Below, one piece after another: positions 11,860 through 22,852 of a DNA stretch of 64,000 nucleotides (positions are counted from its first letter, which is position 1; each line of letters begins with the position of its first letter). The notes beneath the pieces were generated by a model, which saw nothing but the letters and a program-made list of their open reading frames with translations, made no database searches and was not told the DNA's origin. The position numbers were made by a program, and so were the translations under genes. The stretch covers positions 529,160-593,159 of the forward strand of contig NW_005434667.1 of assembly GCF_000315625.1 (NCBI RefSeq), read 5' to 3'. This DNA comes from Guillardia theta CCMP2712 (taxonomy: Eukaryota > Protista > Cryptophyta).

Positions 11860-12970
11860 AACCCCCGTTTCGATCACACCACCCCTCATTAGCACTTAAA
11901 AATATCCCCTCCCTCAACCTGTACCCCATCACCCCTGACCCTCACCACCCCCCAGGGATACTTTTAAAGGGCTTTTTGTCAGCAAAATCTTATCTTGATT
12001 TCACTGAAGCCTTAATCACTGGCGGCCGGGCACTGGGCAAGCACCGGGCATCACCCACGGCCCGGCCGCGCGTCAGTGGCGGCCGCCGGCATGCTGTGTG
12101 GTGACAGGGTGACTTTGAGTAAAGGGTGACGGTGGCGGCACGCGGCACACGGTGATCCGGCGGCGATCCGCTACGGCGGCCGGCCGCCGTGACGGTTGAA
12201 CTTCGGAAGCCGCAGGCTTCCGGGCCGAACGGTTCCGGGAGTCCCGGAGTCCGAGTTTTGACTCTGTTAATCGGACTTAGTGATGATGTGGCACAGTGTC
12301 ACTGAGGCTGTCCGTGACTCAGTGATCATCCGACGCGGCCGACGTCGGACGTGACTCCGGCGGCGGGCGGCAGCGGCCCGGCCGCCGTATGCCGGGCGGC
12401 CGGGCCGCGCCCCCCGGCCCGGGTAGTACGGTAGTCTACCGTACCGTGCCGTACGTACCGGCGTCTGGCGGCCGATGACTGAGTCCGCGGCCCGGCCAGG
12501 GCGCGGCCCGGATGTTCCGACCGCGCCGAGTCACCGGGTTCCCGGCGGATGGATCAGTTTGAAAAAAAAGTTTGGAATTTCTTACAGCAATTGTACCCCT
12601 GTCACGGTTACCTGTACAGCACAAAGAGGGGGTGGGGTCATTCAATAACTAACTTTGTTGAGCCTAGTATGCACACTCGGTACATTTGAGCTCAAGATCC
12701 GGACTACCCACCATATATCTCATTTTTTGACTAGCAGTACCCGGGTACTCAATGGTACCCTACCCACCGGATGTAGATCCGCACTTAACAGAAGATTCCT
12801 TCACATAAGGACAAGCGCCCTACCCTACCCTGGATTCCGTCTCACCCCCACCCACTCCATCCTCTCATTTCGTAGAGTACCCCCCCTTGGAGAGAATTCT
12901 ATATGGGTAGGACCCACCCTTTTTACAGTTCTGATGGAAGCACCCAAGATAATTACCACCCCTACACGTC
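11860..12970. other. Intergenic bipartite block: CpG/palindrome-rich core (~12020-12550) flanked by ACCC/TACCC-rich tracts
   Basis: Dense CCGG, CGGCCG, GTGAC and GAGTC words, with flanking tracts such as accctacccacc. No convincing coding signal. Confidence 0.6.
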
Positions 12971-13012
12971 TACTCCCTTTAAAAACTGGATCTAGCAGAT
13001 CCTCGTCCACCC

Positions 13013-13628
13013 ATGTTCCTCCGCAGCAGCGTTCTCCTCGCCTTTGCCGCTTCTGCCAGCGCCTTCCTTCCTGCTCCTGCTCCTTCTCTCCGTGCTACCT
13101 TCCCCTCCCACGCTTCTCTCTCTTCCCGATCGATCTCTCTTCGTGGAGGAGCTGCCCAGAGCAAGATGATTGACATCACTCCCAACGTTTCTTTCGACAC
13201 CATTGCTCGCGAGTGGAGGTGCAAGTGGTCTGCTGACGCCGACAAGAAATCTCTTGTTGAGGCTCAGAATGCTCTCAACGAAATTCTCGCTGAGGTGAGT
13301 CGGAGTACAGTTGGACATATGTTCCATCTGGATATGCACCAAGTTCCACGCTGAGGTTGAGTGCAGGTCAAGAAGGTCGATGGCGTTAAGAGCGTTCAGC
13401 GCGTTGTTTGCGGTGGATGCCTTGACTTCAAGATCATCACTGCTCTCGAGGCTGACAAATATGGTGCACTCTTTTGCACTATGACGCGATGTGGACACAA
13501 CTAAACTCGTTGCAGGCAAGTGGGAGGAGGCCAAGTTCGCCCCTGAGGAGAAGTTCCTGGCCAAGATCAAGGGAATCCAGGGAATCTCTCAGGTCGAGAC
13601 TCAGACCTTCACCTTGATGCCGATGTAA
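13013..13628 (+). CDS. Small plastid-targeted conserved algal protein with CGGC motif (3 exons)
   Basis: Signal peptide ending ASASA|F, then a Ser/Arg transit peptide. Mature part is [30 protein letters not shown]|[32 protein letters not shown]|[15 protein letters not shown]...TLMPM*, with strong C-ending codon bias. Confidence 0.85.
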
Positions 13629-13979
13629 ATATCTGGTTCATGATGGAATAAATCTTTGATGGAAAGCACAAGATGTGGGCCGAAGACGTGATCCCTTTGC
13701 CCGTGCCGCCTGTGACAGGATTCAGTCGGTAGATGTATCAATCGCAGTCTACTTGTCACGAAGACACATGGCATCATTGGAGCTTCAAAAGGCTTGATCT
13801 ACTTGATGTGACATCGGGACTCCGGTCGCAACTTGACTTGATCCGATTATGGCGATGAGCCTAGTACGAAATTCAGTTTGCCAAGCTGAGACGGCGAGGA
13901 AGGTTCAATCTCTCAACTTCGGCACCGGGCAGGTTCAAGTTGCTCAGGGGTCCACTAGTTTCATAATCCGATGATGACG

Positions 13980-15010
13980 ATGAGAGAACTAACATGATGA
14001 ATTCAAACTTGAACCGTGATGTCGCTGCTCAAGGCTACCGTACGACCGTACTGTGAGGCTGTACTAACCGGCTGACAGTGTGAGCGTGGGAGTCCGATCA
14101 TCAAGTCGCCTGAGCCGCCACCACCGCGGTCGCCGCTGGCTGCGTCAGTGCCCGGCCCGGCCTTGGTCACGGGAGTCACGACAGCGGCGGCAGCCACCGT
14201 CACGGTCACGGGTGACCGTGCCGTCACCTGGCACCGTCGCCGGTGCCGGGGCCCGGCCGCCGGGGCGGTGCCGGGCCCACCCAGTAGTACTGAGGTGACG
14301 GGACGGCGGCGCAGTGACTACTACTGGCCTCGCCGGACGGTACGGTACTCAGTGATTTTTAAGTTACTAGTGCCATCGGACTTCAGGCCGCATGATGTTA
14401 ATTGAATTGATTTGAATCATCATTTTCAGTGCTGATTAATTCTAATAAAATCGCTTTTGATCTGCTGACCTTTTCTGACGGGATACGCTACCCCTCCACC
14501 CCCATTTTCATCACCACCCCACCCTTACAAATCAACACATGGGAGATCCTCTACCCAACTACCTGTCATTTTCACTGCAATCTGAGCTTGTAACCACCCC
14601 TACAATCACCACCCTACCTACTGTTTCCTCTGAAAGCTGTAAATCCCCAATTCACCATGGACAGTTCCACACCCACCCCTCCATGTTTTTGACCCACCCC
14701 TACTGATCACCAGGAATCACCTATCCTTGGACCCCAACATCCGTGTCGACACCCCTACCCCCTCTGATCAAAATGCTACCCCAGGAAACACCACTATTCT
14801 CACCCCCTTTGGATCCTTTATACCCCCTTATGAGGTTTTGATGACCCCCCGAATCGCTACACCCCACCATAGCTACACTGGAACATGTCTTCATTTACCT
14901 ACCCCTTCTTTCTATACAAAGTACGGGGTATTCTGATATGAGAAATTTAAAATGCTTTCACCCTACCCTACAATTAAGACCAGATCCAGTACCCCCACCC
15001 CTCGAATTCA
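13980..15010. other. Intergenic bipartite block: GC/palindrome core (~14030-14390) then ACCC-rich tract (~14485-15010)
   Basis: Same compositional signature as 11860-12970. Confidence 0.6.
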
Positions 15011-15379
15011 ACACAACCCTCTCGGTCTTTGAGCGTTCATGGCAGCGGGAGGCGGGTCAGGGAGGAGATGTAGAGGGAAGAGCAAGGCGTGAGATGGTTG
15101 TATGCTGTGGTTCATGATAAGAGCTAGGGGAGGACGACGCATGGTGTTTTGCTCTGACGAATGTAACGTGCCAACAGTGCTCGTAATGTCTGCCGTAATG
15201 TGCTGTTTGAAGCAAGCGCCTGCCTAAATGGAATACCCATTCCATTGCATGTTGCTGAAGTGTGTTACTCCATGCTGTTGAGATTTAGAAGGAAATATGA
15301 GTGTACATTATTTGAGATCCAGAATTCTTCGGTCTGCAGCTCGTGAACTGAACGAACCGTTGACATCGCAGGCATTACA

Positions 15380-16223
15380 ATGCGAACGTCTGGGATCGTG
15401 TTAGCGGCATGTTTGTGCTTGGGGAGCTTGCTTGCTGTTGATGCTTTCAGCTCCGGTTCATCGTTGAACTTCAACAAGAACGTTTTGTCCGCAAAGTCAT
15501 CGATGGTGAGCACCACACAAGTTTTTCAGCGCATTGCTGCCATGAGCAAGAATTTCTGTATTTCTGCTCCTAACATGCTTGCGATTTGACGCGCATTGTG
15601 GAACGGCTGAGAGGAAGGTACAGTCGTGCAACAACTCTGACGTTCTGCCGTGGCAGACGAGAACGAAGAGGGTCGGATGGTCGATGATGGGGAAGCAGGC
15701 GGCGTTCGGTCCATTCAGCCCCATCGTTATTCTAGCGCGGTCGGTCGTGGGGGAGAAGCAGTTCAATCAGATTCGCGGCAAGGTGAGAGGATCATGCGTT
15801 CGTCTGCGTACAAGATTTCTGACGGCAAGGGGAGCAGGGGATTACATTACACTCGCAGGCGAGCTAGTGCTGACCTGATCTGAAGAGGGTGGGTGAGCGT
15901 TGTGTTCAGGTGATCACGGAATTTTGCAATTATGCTGGCGTTCCCAAGGACAAGCGCCAGGTGTGTGTTCTTGTAGGAGGTTGAATGGGGGATGGTAGGA
16001 AGATGGAAAGAGTAGCTGACGTGGGGGAGGGAGGTTGTGGGGAGGGGCGTCAAGAAAAGGACGGTGATATCGAGGATCATGTTCTGTGTGGAACAAACCC
16101 TGAGGGAGGAGAGCGGAGGGATGGGGGCGAGGAGAGGCGAAGGGGAGGGGAGGGTGATCCGTGCTGCAGGGCTTGATTCGTCTGGCTAAGACCAACGGCA
16201 ACACGCTGGGATTCCTTTCATAA
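15380..16223 (+). CDS. PGR5: Proton gradient regulation 5, plastid-targeted, multi-exon
   Basis: Presequence ...LLAVDA|F. Exons MMGKQAAFGPFSPIVILARSVVGEKQFNQIRGK|GITLHSQ|VITEFCNYAGVPKDKRQ|GLIRLAKTNGNTLGFLS* match the PGR5 signature. Confidence 0.93.
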
Positions 16224-16508
16224 GTCAGGATGTTGAATAAGAGGAAGGAATATAATGCAGAGCAAGGAAAAACAAGTTAGTTGCCCCAACTCGAACGATG
16301 TGCTGTCGTGGTTGATCTTCACTTCGTAGTTGAGCTTTACTGATCTCTCTCCATCTCCTCACACTCGTCCACCGACTGCACTGTGTGTGAGCGGGATGGG
16401 GACAGCGACACGGCATGCATGCTTCACCTGCGTCGTCGAAGCAGAGAAGTTTCTTCCTCTTCCAACGCCTGCGGTTTCTTGTCAGCAACTCCTCCTGCCA
16501 CTCCCTCC

Positions 16509-19500
16509 TCACCCTTCGATCTTCATCGTGATGGGACGAGGCTCGTCCATAGAGCTGTCGTCGAAGTAGCACAGCATGACACAGTCCAGGACCAGCCAGT
16601 AGACTCCCATGAAGAGCCCGGAGACGAACCAGGAGAGGACAAAGACGAGGATGAGAGTAGCAACGGGGGTGGAGGAATGCAGCGCCGAGAGCTGGTCCAG
16701 GGGATCGTTCTTCATGTACAGGTAGGCGCAGGCCACGAGGAGACCGCAGATGAGGAGGCGACCCATCAGGAGGAGCATCTGGCCGACCATGCTGACTGCC
16801 GCCATCCGGAGAATGTTGGCCATGAGAAGGGACATGGCCCTCTTGGCAGACCAGCAGAAGCTTTCCCCGTGCACGGCAGCGATGATGAGGGCGTTCTGAC
16901 TGAGGAACTCGACGAGCTTCTCCAAGCACGACAAGCAGCACTGGATGATGCAGATGAGGACGGCGACGAGCGGGAGGAGGCGGAGCTGCTTGAGCTTCTT
17001 GAGGTTGCTCTCCATGAAGAACCGCGTCATCCAGAGCAGGCCGAGGACGAGGGAGGCGAACGCAGCTGTCCCGAGATGGAAGCAGATGAAGCGCAGCAGA
17101 GACCTGAACAGCGGGAGCCCTCTGACCTGCTCGCGCTCGTCGTCCCCTCCCTCCCTGTAGTACCAGTGGCCCACAGCTCCCGCTATGATCATCTTGAAGC
17201 TCGAGGCGACGAAGGCGAGGGACCAGCAGGTCAGGAACACGTGCAAGACCCACAAGATCTCAGACACCTCCGAGACCTTGAAGGGCAGCGAGCTTGCGAA
17301 CCCCCCGAGCATCCATCCTTTGAGGTCTGGGGCCCTTGCCGCCGACCCCGCTATCATCTCCTCAGCTCCTGTGTAGTTTCCACCGGCTCTTTCTAGCCTC
17401 GTGGAGATTCCCAGCTGCCATCCCTGGATAGCCATAGTGGAGTTGGCAGAGTACAGGACGCACAACCTGCCGGCCTCCTGGAAGGAGAGCGAGTGCGAGA
17501 AGGTCCGTGAGTTGACGGTGACGTTGAGGGGGTTGGAGGACAGCAGAGTTTGCATGCAGCTGTCTTTCTCGGTTGGCGAGATGACAAGCTTCTCGTAGGT
17601 CCCGAGCACGACATCGTAGCGCGAGGAGCTCAGCAGGAACAGGCCAAGCAAGCCGGACCAGGCGTAGAGGAGGAGAACCGAGACCAGAAGGGAGAGAGGG
17701 AAGAAGGCAAGCGAGGGCATGTCCGTCACGGCTCGAGCGCCCTCCTCGATGAGCCGCACAGCGACCATCATTCTCTGACAGAAGGCGATGAGGAGGAGGA
17801 GGACCATCCCGCTGATGATGGTAAAGACGATAGCAAAGATCTGAGACGCGAACGGGGAGAGTTTCAACGAGCTCGCAGGAATTCCCAGCTGCCTTGACAC
17901 AGCGTCGGAGCTGGAGAACATCCCGGCTCTCCGCCACGCAAGATAGGAGGCGTAGATGGAACCCAGGAGGAGGGAGACAATAAGAAAGACGACGAAGTAT
18001 CGGGCCCAAACCCTGAGGAAGAGAAGCCAGAGGAAGCAGAGGATGACAAGGCCCACAGCACACAAAACCATCACCCTCCAAGTCGTCTGGAGCTCTGAGA
18101 TGATATCGCCAAGGAGCCCCACAGGAGAAGCGATGAACTGGTTGGCTAACGTGTAGGCAACTGCGCTGGAAGCGAAGCCTATTCTCGAGGCCTCCCGCAG
18201 ATCCTTGGGAGCGAGAGGAACGCACTTCCAAAGGATGTTTATGCTTGGGTACGTCGGGAAGAAGCAGGAGGAGTTGTGCTTGTCGGTGGTGAGGCAGTTT
18301 GTCTGCTTCGTCTCCGAGGATAGCACACCCCTGTAGAGGCCCAGGGAGATAGAGAGCGACGGGTCGTCGGACAACGTGCTGGGACAACGCGATACGCAGA
18401 AGCGCCTGCTCAAGGGGTTGACGGGGTCGGGGAAGTAAACGTTAGGTTTTCCTGCCTCCCTCCCTGTCCCGCAGGTCTCGCCGGTGACCGAGTCTGTCCC
18501 GAAGATCAGCCTGCGAGGATCGTTGCAGCTTGAGGGACATCCTTCAGTTGCAAGCACCCAGAACATGAGCAGCCACACCACCCACGCGATGACGAACAAG
18601 GCGAAACAAGCGACATCTCGACACCTGTGCGACCAGGTTACATGTCTCAACCACAGACAGCCAGAGGAGGGGGCAAGACATGAGGGAAACAGTCGAGGAG
18701 AGTCGAAGGTGAAAGATGCAACCAAACCACAGGAGTATCCACAAACATCTTGTCACATGAACTCACTTGCGAGGCTTCGCCATTGGACCACAGCCATCTG
18801 GTCTCAACGCTCCTGCACAGCAGCCGTACTCGCAACTCGGCAGCACACAACAAGACTTCTCGCCATGGTCGGGACCAGCTCCTCTGTTGCTTCTTGACTC
18901 TGAGTGCGAAAGGTCCTTTTCCCTGTCTGTCGTATCTTCCTGCGAGGAGCCTGAACTCTCCCCACCCTCATCCCCGGAAGGGTCTGACGCGCTCGAGTGC
19001 CGGCGCTCACGAGCGTCCAGTGCTTCACTCATGTTGGTGCTCCACAAGCTCGAACGCCAAATCTGATCGAGCGGGGGCGCGGATGGTGCGAGGTCTGACC
19101 TGTCCGCATTCGAGTCTGGGCGGGGGGCGGGGAGCCCATTCTTGTACCTGTTCAGGACAAATGCATCAGGATGAGCAACTAGTCAGATCAGGATGACGAG
19201 GAAGGTGGGATCCTTCAAGGCACGAAAGGAGCCTCGAAAATGAGGTTCAACTATCGTCAAGGTCTTACAGCTTCTCGAGCTTCGATCTGAACCTGTTGTC
19301 CGAAGGAGGGTTTGTCCGAGCTCCGTCGCCCTCGTCCTCGTCTACAGCTGAGCTCTTAGCACTTCCATGTGCTGGGGAGATCAGCTGCGAGAAAAAAGCA
19401 TGACCGCGCGCGGTAACCTCGATATGAAATACCTCGTTATCGATTTCAATCGCTCGACGCCCGTTCGGCATCAGGCAGATCAAATTTAGTATCTATGAGA

Positions 19501-19550
19501 AATCTTGGCCGGCATTCCATTCTTGCGCATTATGCACCTGATCGAAGAGG
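16509..19550 (-). CDS. Choline transporter-like protein (CTL/SLC44 family); 5' exons approximate
   Basis: About 10 TM segments with CTL motifs RCRDV.CF.LF, RLIFGTDS..GETCG, FCVSRCP, FHLGTAAFASL, CLEKLVEFLSQNA, AVHGESFCWSAKRA and DCVMLCYFDD. Confidence 0.9.
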
Positions 19551-20200
19551 ACAACAACGTGAACAACTGTCTATTGTAGCATGCACGGGACAGCATAGGA
19601 CTCATCATGAAAAAAGGCTACGATTCAAAAGAAACGAATCTAGCCGCGAATGTTGAAGTGTTCTCCTGTCTTTCCATGATTCATGCTCTGTGTTGCTTTT
19701 GCATTCATGTGCATCTCCTCCTGCCATCTATCGTCCTCTTGCTCTGTGCTGCCCCCCTAATTCCTCCATGAAAGTGTGTTCCCCAGCTCTATCAAACTGA
19801 AACTATCAAACCGTTACGCACCGTTACAATCACTAGTCAGTGCGAGCCCGGCCATCACTGCTAGCATCACATTTCTTACGACTATGGGGGGTGGCCCCAA
19901 CAGAAGGGAGGAGAGGAGAGGAGAGGAGAGGAGAAGAATATGCAGGCGAAGCGAGACGTAGACAGATGGGACAAGACTCAGATAGAGGGAGCAAAGCGGA
20001 GGGTTGTAGATGCCAGGGTAGAGTAGGTGAATATTGTGACATGGCCCCAAATCGTAGGCGAGAGAATTTCCCTGACGATATGAGGATCCACAACACGTTG
20101 ATGAGTTCCAACTGACTGATAGCTTCTCAGATCCGTTCGGAGTCAAAACTAGATGAATTGAAACATTGTTTACTTGTTACTTTGTCTCGTTTTTTATCCA

Positions 20201-22077
20201 ATGCACAACAAACTCCTCGTCGTTTTCTTGTGTTCAGGCCTTGAACTGGCACACGGCTTCAGCTTGACTTCAGGAACAGTGTTCCAGCGTAGAGGAGGGC
20301 TCCAGCTATCCAAATCATCATCATGTCAGCAACGGTCGAGCATTCCGAGCCTGGCAATGTCGATTAGAGAAGGGAAGATAGAGGTCGGGGTGTCCGATGA
20401 AGTACAGAATGTGGGACGGGGCCGGCTTCTAGCAAAGGATGATGCGATCAAGGAGGTGTCAGGAAAGGTTCAAGGGCTGTACGATGCGTATCCGTATCCG
20501 CCTGAAGCTGTCTTTGATGGAGTCACGTGCGGCTACAACCATCGCTGGTCGTATACACACGCGTACAACTTCGTGCACGGTCATGCACCGGTGAGCAACG
20601 AGATCGAGATTCTGGATGCAGGATGCGGGACTGGAGTCACTGCTCAGTACCTCTCACACCTTAACCCCCGTGCGAAGCATTTTGACGCTCTCGATCTATC
20701 GGCAGAAGCGCTCAAGGTTGCGAAGGAGAGGGCAGAAAGAGCTTTCCTGGTCGGAAATCCGAACAACGCGCAGTTTCACCACATGAGCTTGTATGATGTT
20801 GCAAAGCTCGACCGTACCTACGACTTCATCAACTGCGTGGGAGTTCTTCACCATCTCCCCGATCCTGTCAAGGGCCTGAGAGCGCTCTGTGAGCGCTTGA
20901 AACCAGGAGGCATCATGCACATCTTCGTTTACTCGGCGCTGGGTCGACGGGAGATCATGTTGATGCAGGAAGCCCTGGCGCTGCTGCAGGTATCTCTGTC
21001 CGTGATGAAGGCTTTGATGACGCCCCAGTATGGTTCAGGGGGGGGAGTGTAACTTCAAGGAAGGAGTCGCGCTGGGACGGGAGGTGTTCAAGGCCCTTCC
21101 TGATTCGAGCAGGATCAAGACGCGCGAGAAAGAGAGGTGAAACATGTCCCCTTGCCCTCGCTGTCTCCTGCTCCTCCTCGTGTGCATGTCCTGGTGATAC
21201 TCGGGGAGGTGGGCGATGGAGAATGAGAGAGACTCCACGTTTGCGGACATGTACCTGCACCCGCAGGAAGTCGATTACACGGTGAAGGCTCGCTGTGCTG
21301 GGGCTTGATCATCATGACTGGATCCCCTCAGGTTCCATCGCTGATGCAGTGGATCGACACGGTGAGCGATCTCGATATCAAGTTCGCTGGCTTCAGGTGC
21401 TTCGTACTGTTGACCTGCAGCTGCGATCTGAGAGTTTGGCCAGCAACCCCAAGCTGTGGAAGCTTGACAGGCTCCTCGGAGGTGCTCCAGATGCTCTGGC
21501 CCGGGCCAAGAAACTTTCGCAAGAGCAGCAGTACCGTCTTGTAGAGTTGCTGGATCCCGACACCTTCACGTGAGTACAGCCGGGCCTGACGATGCCCTGT
21601 GGTCTCTCATCCGCGCTCGCAGTCATTACGAGTTCTTCCTGGTCAAGGGGGACGTGAAGAGGAAAGACTGGCGAGAGGTCAGCGACGAGGAGTTCTACTC
21701 CGCCAAAGCCATCCGTCAAGCAGGGATTCAGCCATGGCCCGCCGACCGAGTCTTCGACCAGGTTCGGATGCGACAGGATCTTGTTCCCCTCCAGCTTACT
21801 TGGCCCAACTCCAGGACTACAACCTTGTGCAGTTCACCGATGCAGAGTACGCCTTCCTCCAACTCTGCGCGCAGGATCCAACGGTGGAGACGGTGAGGGG
21901 CGGGCGAGGAGGGAGGTGTACGTCGGAGGTCTAACCCTGTCGCAGTTCGAGTACGAGGAGGTGGAGGAGCCGCAGGCAGTCAAGGACATCGTTGCCAAGA
22001 TGGACTCTCCGATCACCAAGGAGGAGATCCTGCGCTTGCTCGACCTTGAGTTTCTCTTTCTCCAGCCTAGCAAGTGA
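20201..22077 (+). CDS. Plastid-targeted class I SAM methyltransferase of cyanobacterial type, multi-exon
   Basis: Signal peptide ending AHG|F. Motifs LYDAYPYPP, ILDAGCGTG (motif I), YDFINCVGVLHHLPDP, LKPGG and FADMYLHPQEVDY; last exon ends LEFLFLQPSK*. Confidence 0.85.
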
Positions 22078-22139
22078 TAGTGAACTTGAATCTTTGAACC
22101 CGGCGTTAACCTTGAACCGTGTGCCACCCAATCCTTGAA

Positions 22140-22600
22140 TCCCGGCCGCGATTGAATGACATGACTGGGGCAGTGACGGAGGAGGAGTGGATCTTCAAGC
22201 AGTACTCGGCAGTGAACCCCCGGGCCCCGGCGGACTCGGAGTCACGGGCCCCGTCAGTGCCGCCGCCGCGCGCGGCGAGCCTCCGAGAGTCACGGGCCCG
22301 GGCCCGTCACGGCGTGACTCTCAGCTGAGCACGAACTTGATGATTGATGCCTCATCCCCACTATTCCCGCCATTTCAAATTGAATACCCCTACCCCAGTA
22401 TTACCGGGGACTCTAGAATGTACGGGTGTTTTGATCTAATCGGATTGCTTTACCAGGTAGGGTACTGAATATACCCGTTCTAGTTAGCTGATACTTATTT
22501 AAATTTCCAGGTAGGGTTAAACAATTCTGTCGACGATCCTCAGGTAGGGTAGTACAAAGGGTACTTTTAGAGGGTGGGTGGGGTCATCTGAACAAACTCT
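22140..22600. other. Short intergenic bipartite GC-block / TACCC-GGGTA block
   Basis: cccgggccccggcggactcggagtcacgggccc core followed by tacccctacccc and gtagggt words. Confidence 0.5.
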
Positions 22601-22852
22601 CCCGCCCTTGCCAATGCCGTAGGTAAGCGCTTGTTGATTCCATGGAAGGCAGAGGTGAAGATGCGGGTCGAGAGAGATGATGCGAGGATGGAAGAGAAGA
22701 TGTGAGGAAGAAGAGAAGATGTGAGGAGATGGGGTGCAGCAGAGGAACTTGTGAGGGAGGGGAGGGAGGGAAGCAGCATTCCACACGCCATGGAATCTAA
22801 CCGATCAGCGCAGGTGTCCTGATTCTGCTTTCTTCACAGTAGGACGGTCAAC

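Noticed and set aside
12020-12550. GC-rich blocks as rRNA/tRNA fragments or MITEs
   Set aside because: I found no recognisable rRNA/tRNA motifs, terminal inverted repeats, target-site duplications or alignable copies.
16225-18387. Long alternative and antisense ORFs (342, 337 and 341 aa) overlapping the CTL gene
   Set aside because: Shadow ORFs caused by GC-rich codon bias; they have no recognisable motifs.
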